Below, piece after piece: positions 55,635 to 64,000 of a stretch of 64,000 nt of DNA. The position numbers and the translations under genes were made by a program. Under the pieces are notes generated by a model, which was not told where the DNA came from, made no database searches, and saw only the letters and a program-made list of their open reading frames with translations. Origin of the DNA: Puniceicoccaceae bacterium (GTDB lineage: Bacteria; Verrucomicrobiota; Verrucomicrobiia; Opitutales; Oceanipulchritudinaceae); contig JBFOMH010000027.1 in assembly GCA_040830765.1 (NCBI GenBank), positions 37,273 to 101,272 of the forward strand, written 5' to 3'. Position 1 is the first letter of the stretch, and every line of letters starts with the position of its first letter.

Positions 55635-56876
55635 ATGAAAGCAATCATCCGGATCATGTTCAAAGGCAGTTTTGCCTACTATGCGTGGGTCTTTTTCCTG
55701 CTCATCTGCATTGTGCAAGGGCTCTTGGCCTACGCTTCACAGTTTGCCGACGGCCTGATTGTCACCAACATGCGGGACTCTGTCTCCTGGGGGTACTACA
55801 TCGGTAATTTCACTTTCCTTGTCGGGGTAGCGGCTTCCGCCGTGATGCTGGTTATTCCGGCCTACGTGTATAACTGGAAGCCGATCAAGGAAGTGGTTAT
55901 CTTTGGCGAATTGCTGGCGGTGGCGGCGATTGTCATGTGCCTGCTGTTTGTCCTGGTCGATATGGGTCATCCGGAGCGCTTGTGGCACATGATTCCGGGG
56001 CTGGGGATGCCCAACTTTCCCAATTCCCTGATGGCTTGGGATGCCCTTGTGCTCAACGCCTACCTGGCGATCAACTTGTTCGTGGTCATCTATCTCCTCT
56101 GGTCTGCGTATCAGGGAAAGCCCTACAATACGAAAATTGTCATTCCCCTTGTTATCCTGTCCATCCCCTTGGCAATTGGTATCCACACGGTAACAGCCTT
56201 TCTTTACAGCGGAATGGCCAGCCGGCCCTACTGGAACGCCTCCATCCTGGCTCCACGATTCCTTGCATCTGCTCTTTGCTCGGGACCGGCAGTATTGTTG
56301 ATCCTGTTCCAGGTCCTGCGCAAAATAACGCCGCTGGAAATCAAGGACAATGCCATCCACAAGATTGCCGAGCTGATGGCCTACGCGATGGGCTTCAACC
56401 TCTTCCTCTTCGGGGCTGAGATCTTCAAGGAGTATTATTCGAATACCCATCACCTGGTCCATTACGAGTACCTGCTTTTCGGTGTGAACGGTGAGCCATC
56501 ACCCATCGCCTTGTATGCCTGGACATCCCTGGTCTTCTCCATTGTGGCGTTTTTCCTTTTCGTCATCCCGGTGACACGGCGCAATTTCTTCACCATGAAC
56601 ATCGGGGCCCTCCTGATCTACTTCTCCGTTTATATTGAGAAGGGAATCGCTCTTATCATTCCGGGCTACACGCCCGACTCGCTGGGGCAGATCTATGCCT
56701 ACACGCCAAGCGCCACCGAGCTAAGGGTGGCCGTTGGTATCTTTGGTATCGGGTTCCTGATATTCACGCTCTTTGTGCGAGTGGGCATATTCCTGCTCTT
56801 TGAGCGAGAACAACCGGCAAGGACGGTCAAGGAGGAGATTAGCCCCAACGTGGCAGCTGAGGGTTCCTCGATCTAG
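55635..56876 (+). CDS. NrfD/DsrP-type integral membrane subunit
   Basis: WGYYIGNFTFLVGVAA, VDMGHPER, IHTVTAFLY, APRFLASA. Confidence 0.9.
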   Translation: MKAIIRIMFKGSFAYYAWVFFLLICIVQGLLAYASQFADGLIVTNMRDSVSWGYYIGNFTFLVGVAASAVMLVIPAYVYNWKPIKEVVIFGELLAVAAIVMCLLFVLVDMGHPERLWHMIPGLGMPNFPNSLMAWDALVLNAYLAINLFVVIYLLWSAYQGKPYNTKIVIPLVILSIPLAIGIHTVTAFLYSGMASRPYWNASILAPRFLASALCSGPAVLLILFQVLRKITPLEIKDNAIHKIAELMAYAMGFNLFLFGAEIFKEYYSNTHHLVHYEYLLFGVNGEPSPIALYAWTSLVFSIVAFFLFVIPVTRRNFFTMNIGALLIYFSVYIEKGIALIIPGYTPDSLGQIYAYTPSATELRVAVGIFGIGFLIFTLFVRVGIFLLFEREQPARTVKEEISPNVAAEGSSI

Positions 56877-57379
56877 CTTGAGGATGGAGGGATAACGCCC
56901 CCGGTCAGGGAACCGACCGTCAGGTTGGAGGCGATCTCGAAAAGAAGCCGGGCAGTAACAAGGCCGATGACCCGGTCTTCCTCAGTGATTGCCGCGACCT
57001 CGGTCTGGTTCTCAGCAAGACAGAGAAAGGCATCCTCGAGAAAAGCATCCGGGGAAAGCCGCGGGATGTCCCGGTTCATGATCTGACCGACTGTCAGATG
57101 TAGGTTTCTGGCGACAATTTCCGCAAATCCGTCGTCTGACGGGGACTCTGAATCCATTGGTCCACCAGCGACGGAGGAAAGAATGGCCTTTGGTTCAAGG
57201 ATGCCGGCAAATGTCCCATCCTCCGCAATTACCACCAGGAAGGGCAGTCCGTTTTCCTCAAAGTGCTTGTCGGTCAGGAATCCCATGACCTCGTGCATGG
57301 TGTGGGATTCACCCAGGCGGAGGTAACGGCGCAGCATGATATCCCGCAATCTCTGGCGGCTTTTCGATTCCGCACTCAT
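56873..57379 (-). CDS. CBS-pair protein
   Basis: LRDIMLR, LVVIAEDGTFAGIL, TVGQIMNRD, RVIGLVT. ATGA overlap with the SulP gene. Confidence 0.75.
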   Translation of the reverse strand: MSAESKSRQRLRDIMLRRYLRLGESHTMHEVMGFLTDKHFEENGLPFLVVIAEDGTFAGILEPKAILSSVAGGPMDSESPSDDGFAEIVARNLHLTVGQIMNRDIPRLSPDAFLEDAFLCLAENQTEVAAITEEDRVIGLVTARLLFEIASNLTVGSLTGGVIPPSSS

Positions 57380-59685
57380 GATTCCACCTCCTTGATGTCA
57401 TCGCCTTCACCCTCATCCAGATCGAGATGAATATTGAGCGCGTTGCCCAGGGCGGCGATCAACTGGCCTTCGTCGATGACCCCGAGAATGCGTCTCTCCG
57501 GATCACAGACCGGCATCACTCCCGCTTGAATCCGCCCTGCGCTTTGCAACAGGTTGATGAGCATGTTCGACTCACTGCAGACTGGCATGCCGACATTGGC
57601 AATTTCAGATATCGGACGACTGAAAGAGCCGGCAAGGCGGTTGCCCAGTTCCTCGTCGCTGGCTGGCCGGCCCAGTTCCTCCAGGCGGATGTGGGAGGCC
57701 ATTTCCTTAAGGATGGCCAAGGTCTCCAGTTGTCCGGCGAGGCGGCCTTCCGTGTCCTGCAGGAACAAGGGTCGGGCGGAGTAGGTGACTTTGCGACGGT
57801 ACATCTCCGACATCAACCAGACGGCTTCCCGCAACTGATGCTGATTGCCAAAGCGAATGCACTTGCGCGTCATGATTGAATCCGCGTCGGGCAGTGCGGG
57901 AACCGCCTTTGGCTTGGCATCCGCTGGGGTTTCGCGGCGGCGTTCCATCTCGACAATACTCCAGGCCCGCGCCAGCGCCAGCTCGGTAGACTGGAAGAGC
58001 TTGTTGTCGGCGTAGAAAATGTTCTGTTCGCCAACCTGCTGCCGCAAGCCGGTACCGGTCATGACCTTTTTCAATTCCTCCTCGATGCCGCAGACAACAA
58101 GGTAGATGTCGCGGTCCTTGAGCAGTTCGTAATAGTGTTTCAGGATGGCCATGGCTGTGCTGCCAACTGCCCGCAGGCGCTTCATGCGCAGGACGACAAC
58201 ACGGGTCTTCGGGGTCAGGCAGCGGACCAATTCATAATCAAGGTCCTCGACAGCGGCAAAGTAGAGATCGCCCTCCATGTTGATCGTAACCACCTCGGAA
58301 GCGGCGGCCCGGTTGAAGGGAACTTCCTCGAAACCGGAATCCGGCGACTGGACCAGTTGGGTCAGGTCGGTACTTCCCGTGACCCGTAGGAGGAGTACGA
58401 TGGACAGAAAGACCCCGACAAAGATGGCGTACTCAAGGGGCAGGATGAGGGTAGAGGCCAAGGTCCCCCCGAGGACCAGCCTGGAATTGGCCCCGGAACG
58501 CCAGGTCAGCTTGAGGCGTTCCTTCTCGATCATCGACCAGGCAATGATGATGAGCAATCCGGCGAGGCTGGCCTTGGGGATGTAATTGGCGAACTTGGCC
58601 AGCAGGATCACCGTCAGCGCTGTCCAGATGGCAGAGAAAACAGCCGCCATCCGGGTGCGTCCGCCAGACTGGAAGCAGACTGCGGTGCGTGTAAAGGAAC
58701 CCGAGCCGGCAAAACAGGAGAAAAAGGAACCGACGACATTACCGGCACCCTGGCCAATGAACTCCCGGGTAAAGTTCAGGCGCTGGCCGGATTGGGAAGC
58801 GACCGCCCGCGCTATGGAGGCCGCCTCAATCAGACCCAGTAGGGCCAACGCAAGGGCGCCGGCACCTAATTCACGGGTTAGTTCGTAATTCGGGTGAAGG
58901 ACCAGTTCCGGGATATGGAATTCATTCAGTTGACCCGTGATGGGTTGGATGTCGCGGACAATTTCCACCTGTCCGGCCCCGAGGGCATCATTGTGCCAGC
59001 CCAGCAAAGCCGACAGGCCGGCGGCTGTGATGACCCCGATCAGGGCACCTGGAATCTTCGGGTTGATCCGTTTCAGGATGACCACGACCGCAATTGTGCC
59101 TAATCCGAGGGCCACTGCCCGCCAATTGGCTTCCGGAACCATCTGGATGGTCCCGATCAGGACCTCGTAGAAGCGCTCTGCATGAGCTTCCAGATTAACT
59201 CCAAGGACATTCTTGAGCTGGTTGATGGCGATCAGGATGCCAGCCCCAGCGGTGAAACCGACCACCACCGAATTGGAAACATAACGGACGATACCTCCCA
59301 TCTTGAGAAAGCCGAAAGCCATCTGGATGAGGCCGGTCATTAGGGTCAGGAGAAAGACAATCTCGATGAGGCTGACTCCATACTTATCCGGCAAATGTGC
59401 CGTGAGGCTGAGGATGACCATGCACAGGGCATTGGTCGGTCCGGTGACGAGGTGGTTGGAGCTGCCGGAGATGGCCGCAACGATACAGGTCGCGATGGAG
59501 GTATACAGGCCGTAAACGGGAGGCAGTCCGGCGATTAGGGCATAGGCCATCGCCTGCGGTACCCCCATGACGGCCACCGTTAACCCGGCCAGGGCATCGT
59601 GGCGAAGCTCACTGCCGGCATAGTGCACACTGGCCTTGCCCGCTTCCTTGAAGCTTCCGGTCAGTGATTGTAATGAGAATTCCAT
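57376..59685 (-). CDS. SulP-family anion transporter with STAS domain and a degenerate C-terminal CBS pair
   Basis: DALAGLTVAVMGVPQAMAYALIAGLPPVYGLY, GPTN, GFTAG, SGSFTRT, EGDLYFA; C-terminal extension ADSIMTR..MPVCDPERRILGVID. Confidence 0.9.
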   Translation of the reverse strand: MEFSLQSLTGSFKEAGKASVHYAGSELRHDALAGLTVAVMGVPQAMAYALIAGLPPVYGLYTSIATCIVAAISGSSNHLVTGPTNALCMVILSLTAHLPDKYGVSLIEIVFLLTLMTGLIQMAFGFLKMGGIVRYVSNSVVVGFTAGAGILIAINQLKNVLGVNLEAHAERFYEVLIGTIQMVPEANWRAVALGLGTIAVVVILKRINPKIPGALIGVITAAGLSALLGWHNDALGAGQVEIVRDIQPITGQLNEFHIPELVLHPNYELTRELGAGALALALLGLIEAASIARAVASQSGQRLNFTREFIGQGAGNVVGSFFSCFAGSGSFTRTAVCFQSGGRTRMAAVFSAIWTALTVILLAKFANYIPKASLAGLLIIIAWSMIEKERLKLTWRSGANSRLVLGGTLASTLILPLEYAIFVGVFLSIVLLLRVTGSTDLTQLVQSPDSGFEEVPFNRAAASEVVTINMEGDLYFAAVEDLDYELVRCLTPKTRVVVLRMKRLRAVGSTAMAILKHYYELLKDRDIYLVVCGIEEELKKVMTGTGLRQQVGEQNIFYADNKLFQSTELALARAWSIVEMERRRETPADAKPKAVPALPDADSIMTRKCIRFGNQHQLREAVWLMSEMYRRKVTYSARPLFLQDTEGRLAGQLETLAILKEMASHIRLEELGRPASDEELGNRLAGSFSRPISEIANVGMPVCSESNMLINLLQSAGRIQAGVMPVCDPERRILGVIDEGQLIAALGNALNIHLDLDEGEGDDIKEVES

Positions 59686-59748
59686 AGCGCCGTCGGAACA
59701 ACGGGTTTTTATCTATGGATTTCCCTGGCCCAAGGCAAGCCAGATAGC

Positions 59749-61020
59749 CTATTCCAGGGCAAATGCAGTGTTGTTTGGGCGGGAGAGGATCATCTGGGTG
59801 ACATTGATGTTGCGGGTGGCAAAGGCTGCCTCGCAGTAGGCCAGATAATAATTCCACTTGCGCAGGAACACCTCGTCAAATCCCAGTTCCATGACGGCAT
59901 CCTTGCGCTTGTTGAATCCATCCCTCCAGATATGAAGAGTCTTGGCATAGTGGAGACCGAAACTCTCCAGATGGTGGATATAGAGGTCGCTGGTTGAATT
60001 CGCGGAATCCATCAAGGCCTTGATGGAGGGTAATTGTCCGCCAGGAAAGATGTACTTCTTTATCCAGTCGACTGACTTGCGCATCGCCTCATAGCGGGAA
60101 TCCGGGCAGATGATGACTTGCAGCCCAACCCGGCCGCTTTCCTTCAGGAGATGATGACACTGGCTGAAAAAGGCCGGCAGGAACTTGTGCCCGACCGCCT
60201 CAAGCATCTCTATGGAGACAATGGCATCAAACTGGCCCTGGATATCCCGGTAGTCGCATAGCTTGACCGTGATCCGATCCTCTAAACCGGCTTCCTTGAC
60301 CCGTTCACAGGCCTTTTCAAACTGGGCCTGGGAAATGGTTATGGCGGTCACCTCAACGCCGAAGTTTGTCGCCGCATGGATGGAAAAGCCGCCCCAGCCG
60401 CATCCAATTTCCAGGACCCGCATGCCGGGGGCGAGACACAGTTTTTCGCAAAGGCGCTGGTACTTGTTGATCTGGGCATCCTCAAGGGATTCCGAACCGT
60501 TGAACCATGCGGATGAATAGGTGAGGGTACGGTCCAGCCAGAGGGAGTAAAAGTCGTTGCTGAGGTCATAGTGCTCACTGATGTTGCGTCGGCTGTTGCT
60601 CCGGGTGTTCCGCCGCCGCCAATGGGCGAACCGGTTCAGTGCCCGCAATAGATTAAAGGCAGCCTTCCGGGAATGGCTTCCCGACATGTGGGGAATGTGC
60701 TCAAGGTTCTCGATCAGGGCAGCCAGCAGCCGTGGCAGGTCGGGAGTGGACCAGTCGCCGTCCATGTAGCCTTCTCCAAAGCCGATTTCCCCATTGAGGA
60801 GGACCCGCTTGAAGAAGGTATCCCGGTGGATGTGGATCTCCGCGCCGCCTGAACCCTCCGGGCCGAAGTGACTGGTGGTGCCCTCAGGAAAGCGAACCTG
60901 GATACCTGTGTTCTCAAACCGCTCCATGATATTGACGAAGGCCTTGCGGGAGAAACGATCTGTCCATGGTAGTCCGGCGGGAACCGTTTCAGGTTCCTTT
61001 GGTAGAGAGGTCTGTTTCAT
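59749..61020 (-). CDS. Cfa-family SAM-dependent fatty-acid methyltransferase (UfaM-like)
   Basis: GEGYMDGDW, NISEHYDLSNDFY, LEIGCGWG, SIEMLEAVG, KYIFPGG, YLAYCEAAF. Confidence 0.9.
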   Translation of the reverse strand: MKQTSLPKEPETVPAGLPWTDRFSRKAFVNIMERFENTGIQVRFPEGTTSHFGPEGSGGAEIHIHRDTFFKRVLLNGEIGFGEGYMDGDWSTPDLPRLLAALIENLEHIPHMSGSHSRKAAFNLLRALNRFAHWRRRNTRSNSRRNISEHYDLSNDFYSLWLDRTLTYSSAWFNGSESLEDAQINKYQRLCEKLCLAPGMRVLEIGCGWGGFSIHAATNFGVEVTAITISQAQFEKACERVKEAGLEDRITVKLCDYRDIQGQFDAIVSIEMLEAVGHKFLPAFFSQCHHLLKESGRVGLQVIICPDSRYEAMRKSVDWIKKYIFPGGQLPSIKALMDSANSTSDLYIHHLESFGLHYAKTLHIWRDGFNKRKDAVMELGFDEVFLRKWNYYLAYCEAAFATRNINVTQMILSRPNNTAFALE

Positions 61021-61026
61021 TGTGCG

Positions 61027-61821
61027 TCAGGAACTAGTCGATTGATGTTTCTTGGGCAAAATGCCCGTCTGCAGGTGAGGATTTTCATCTTTAGCGTGAA
61101 ACGGGACCTTCTTCAAATATAATTTCAAGGCATGCCAATGGATTAAGAGTATGACCTTCAGGGTTATGAGCGGGAAGCGCAGGCTGTAGCGGAGCAGGGA
61201 ACCCGTGGTCAGCGGCACCCTGGCACCCGTCAGGCTGGAACGGAAAAATGGCTTGGGTTCACCCTTTTCATAATTGTTAACGTAGAGCGCTAGTCTACCT
61301 CCCGGCATCTCCGCCTTGATTTCGAGGACTTGGTCGAGCTCGGAGAAGGGGGAGATGTAAAACAGCTTGGGATACTTGCGGGAGAACTTCCTGTCCTTGA
61401 GGTCTTCCCTGGTAAGGAGGAAGGGTTTCAATTCCCCAAAGGTGTTATGGACCTCGACAACGACGGCCAGCGGCTGGTCCTGCTCATCGTAGCAGAAGTA
61501 AAAGCTCACCGGATTGAAAACGTGGCCAAAGGTACGCAGATTTGTCAGGAGGGTGATCCGGGCCGGTTTCTCATCAACGCCCTCCTGCTCGAGGTAGGCC
61601 TCCACGTTTTCCCGCAGGGTAGGCTGGCCGAGATAAATGTGGTCAGCGTCGCGGAAGGAATAGATATTGAAGCGGTTGTGACTAACCAGGGGATTTTTCC
61701 GGATCACCGTATCGATTTCATCCAAATCAAGGTGCCACATGAAGACACGGGTGGTGAACCCGTAGTCCCTCGGGGAGACGCGTTTGTGGAAAACAGTACA
61801 GCTATACAGCGAGCTTTGCAT
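61027..61821 (-). CDS. DUF1365 protein (UfaO-like)
   Basis: VFHKR, LDLDE, GHVFNPVSFYFCY, EVHNTFGE, KLFYISPF, IHWHALKL. Confidence 0.9.
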   Translation of the reverse strand: MQSSLYSCTVFHKRVSPRDYGFTTRVFMWHLDLDEIDTVIRKNPLVSHNRFNIYSFRDADHIYLGQPTLRENVEAYLEQEGVDEKPARITLLTNLRTFGHVFNPVSFYFCYDEQDQPLAVVVEVHNTFGELKPFLLTREDLKDRKFSRKYPKLFYISPFSELDQVLEIKAEMPGGRLALYVNNYEKGEPKPFFRSSLTGARVPLTTGSLLRYSLRFPLITLKVILLIHWHALKLYLKKVPFHAKDENPHLQTGILPKKHQSTSS

Positions 61822-63082
61822 GGGGCCTTGTATGCTTGAGAAGCATTTCCGCGGCGGCGTATCCGGACATCAAACCGTCCTCATGGAAACCGTAGCGGAA
61901 GTAACTGCCACAATAGTAGAGCTTGCCGGCTTCATTCAAGCGCGGAAGCTTCTCCTGTGCCTGAACGGCGGGTTTGTCGAAGATCGGGTGGTCAAAGCTG
62001 AACTGGCGCAGGATTGAGTCCTCCCGGATACCTTCGGCACCATTTACCGAGACAAAGTAATTTTTTTCTGCAGCGAGGTCTTGCAGGGAATTCATCCAGT
62101 AGTGGGTACTGGCCTCCTCTTCGTCTCCCTCGACGGTATCCATACGGTAGTTCCACGAGGCCCAGGCTCGCCGGTTTTGCGGCATGATGGATTCGTCGGT
62201 GTGCAGGGTAATGTCGTTGGCGGCATATTTGAAGCAGCTGAGCACCCGTTCTTCGTCCGCGGTCGGATTCTGGAGCAGGCGGACGGTTGTGTCGGCATGG
62301 GTGGCCATGACCACTTTGTCGAAAAACTGCTTGTCGCCATCAGCTGTCCGGACCTCGACGTTAGTTTCATGCCGGATAACCTCAGTTACCGGGCGCCCGC
62401 ATTGAATATGGTCGCGGAAAGGCTTGATTAATTTGTCACGGTAGGAACGGCTCCCTCCCTTGACTGTCCTCCAAGTGTGCTGGGTCTGGACTCCAAGGAG
62501 CCCATGATTGTACATAAAGCGAATCAGCGTGTGAGCAGGAAACTGCAACATGGTTCCTGGCGGGGTGGACCAGATGGCAGATGTCATCGGGACAAGGTAG
62601 GCCTTGAGGAAAGTCTCTCCCAAACGGTGTTCATGGGCAAACGACTCAAGCGTTTGGTCGAGGATCTGCGGATCGGCGAGCGCCGCATTGGCCAATTTGT
62701 TGAACCGGAGGATGTCCCTGATCAGGCCATAGAATTTTGGGTTGAGTAGGTTCCTGCGCTGGGCGAAGAGCCTGTTCAGGTTGGAGCCACAATATTCGAG
62801 GCCTTGAGGAGTGTACTGGACACCGAATGACATGTCCGTCTCATAGGTCTCCACCTCAAGTTCCTTGAAGAGGAGGGTGAGGAGGGGGTAGGTCACCTCG
62901 TTGTAGACCATGAAGCCGGTGTCTACTGGAATGTCCGCCCCTTGCTCCTGGACATCCACCGTGTGCGTGTGGCCGCCAGGTTCCAACTCTGCCTCAAATA
63001 AGGACAGGTTGACTTTGCCGAAAAGCTTGCGGGCGCAGGACATGCCTGCAATTCCCGTCCCAATAACCGCTACTGACTCCAT
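61802..63082 (-). CDS. FAD-dependent oxidoreductase (UfaD-like)
   Basis: VIGTGIAG, GGHTHT, VDTGFMVYNEVTYP, AWASWNY, YWMNSLQ, GFHEDG. Confidence 0.9.
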   Translation of the reverse strand: MESVAVIGTGIAGMSCARKLFGKVNLSLFEAELEPGGHTHTVDVQEQGADIPVDTGFMVYNEVTYPLLTLLFKELEVETYETDMSFGVQYTPQGLEYCGSNLNRLFAQRRNLLNPKFYGLIRDILRFNKLANAALADPQILDQTLESFAHEHRLGETFLKAYLVPMTSAIWSTPPGTMLQFPAHTLIRFMYNHGLLGVQTQHTWRTVKGGSRSYRDKLIKPFRDHIQCGRPVTEVIRHETNVEVRTADGDKQFFDKVVMATHADTTVRLLQNPTADEERVLSCFKYAANDITLHTDESIMPQNRRAWASWNYRMDTVEGDEEEASTHYWMNSLQDLAAEKNYFVSVNGAEGIREDSILRQFSFDHPIFDKPAVQAQEKLPRLNEAGKLYYCGSYFRYGFHEDGLMSGYAAAEMLLKHTRPHAKLAV

Positions 63083-63297
63083 ACCACCTAAAAAACCCTC
63101 ATTTTTCCTTCCTAACAAACTATCCGGGACAAGCTGTCAAATTATCCGGATAAACCCCTTATTTCAAGGCTGAACGGTCGGGTTTCACCTCCCGTGTTTT
63201 CAAATCCGCGAGGAATTCGAATTTTTGGATTGTAGTTGAGAAAATTGAGGGGATTGCTTTAGTTATTAATCCTTGCTATAAAAACTAAACGAACGTG

Positions 63298-64000
63298 ATG
63301 AAAACAGTTACAAAACTACTAACGACTACATTGTTATTTTCAGCAGTAGCCTCCCATGCCGCTACGCTTACGCTGTCTGATGGTTCATCCATCAAGGGTG
63401 ACCTGCAGAGTGTCCATGACGGGGTCTATTATTTTGAGACCGCCTTTGCCGGTGTCTTGGAAATCAAGCAGGATCAGGTTGTGGCCCTCGAGAGCGCTGA
63501 TCCGGTCTTCCTCCGGACAGGCGCTGGAGAGGTCTTCCAAGGGCCTGTCATGGCGGGCGAAGGTGGACAAGTCACCGTTGCTTCGGCCTCTGGTCCCGTC
63601 AAGGCGGAGCTTGGGACAGTTGCCTCGGTCTGGAAACCGGGTGATCGGGATCCGATAATGAAAGCCAAGGAAGCAGCTCTTGCCGGCCAGATGCGCAAGT
63701 GGAGCTACCAGGCCAGCGTCGATATTTCCGGCAGTGACGGAAATACCGAGGAATTCGGGTCCATGCTGGCCTTCCAGGCCAAGCTCGAAGGTCCGGATGA
63801 CCGTCTCCTCATGTATGCCAATTACACCTACAAGTCCACGGATGGTGAAGCGACCAATGACGAGCAAAAGGGTGGTATCAAGTACACGAACTTCGTATCA
63901 GGCAAGTGGGGCTGGTATATCCGCGAGGAACTGGAACGGGATACTTTCGAGGAGATTGACTTCCGGTCCACGACAGCAGGTGGTTTGTCGTACAAGTTCA
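63298..64000 (+). CDS. DUF481/YdiY-like outer-membrane beta-barrel protein (partial)
   Basis: Not in the ORF track. Manual translation: MKTVTKLL..ASHA signal, TLTLSDGSSIKGDL..FETAFAG.LEI, KWSYQASVDISGSDGNTE, ELERDTFEEIDFRST; open to the window end. Confidence 0.75.
   Translation, partial: MKTVTKLLTTTLLFSAVASHAATLTLSDGSSIKGDLQSVHDGVYYFETAFAGVLEIKQDQVVALESADPVFLRTGAGEVFQGPVMAGEGGQVTVASASGPVKAELGTVASVWKPGDRDPIMKAKEAALAGQMRKWSYQASVDISGSDGNTEEFGSMLAFQAKLEGPDDRLLMYANYTYKSTDGEATNDEQKGGIKYTNFVSGKWGWYIREELERDTFEEIDFRSTTAGGLSYKF

Noticed and set aside
54173..56876. Evidence for dissimilatory sulfate reduction (dsrJOP)
   Set aside because: No dsrMK or dsrAB in the window; NrfCD-type modules occur in many unrelated complexes.

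Overview
A gene-dense, moderately GC-rich bacterial window, most likely Verrucomicrobiota (Opitutales-like). This is inferred from the style of the secreted proteins and the GGAGTGC-type REP, not proven. In order, it contains: a pectin-related accessory block (tandem DUF1593 protein, two PL1 pectate lyases, BrnT-type toxin-antitoxin pair) at the 3' side of tRNA-His; fkp; signalling genes with odd domain content; lgt; a 14.5-kb minus-strand operon of seven secreted proteins; cobB; an orphan ABC binding protein; a large S8 protease; a putative acid-sugar catabolic operon with a cyclase-DUF1537 kinase fusion; a tRNA-Pro-like gene followed by structured repeats and a GIY-YIG nuclease gene; a tetraheme cytochrome c/4Fe-4S/NrfD redox module; a SulP-CBS pair; a ufaD-ufaO-ufaM-like fatty-acid modification trio; and a partial DUF481 gene. 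The best candidate for an undescribed system is the 19.5-33.9 kb operon. It pairs a dockerin-bearing giant protein with a cohesin-bearing protein, has no recognisable glycoside hydrolase, and also encodes FN3, LVIVD/TSP3, Kelch and vanadium-haloperoxidase-like subunits, suggesting a non-cellulosomal extracellular complex. All assignments come from reading motifs by eye; no searches were run and several start codons are best guesses.
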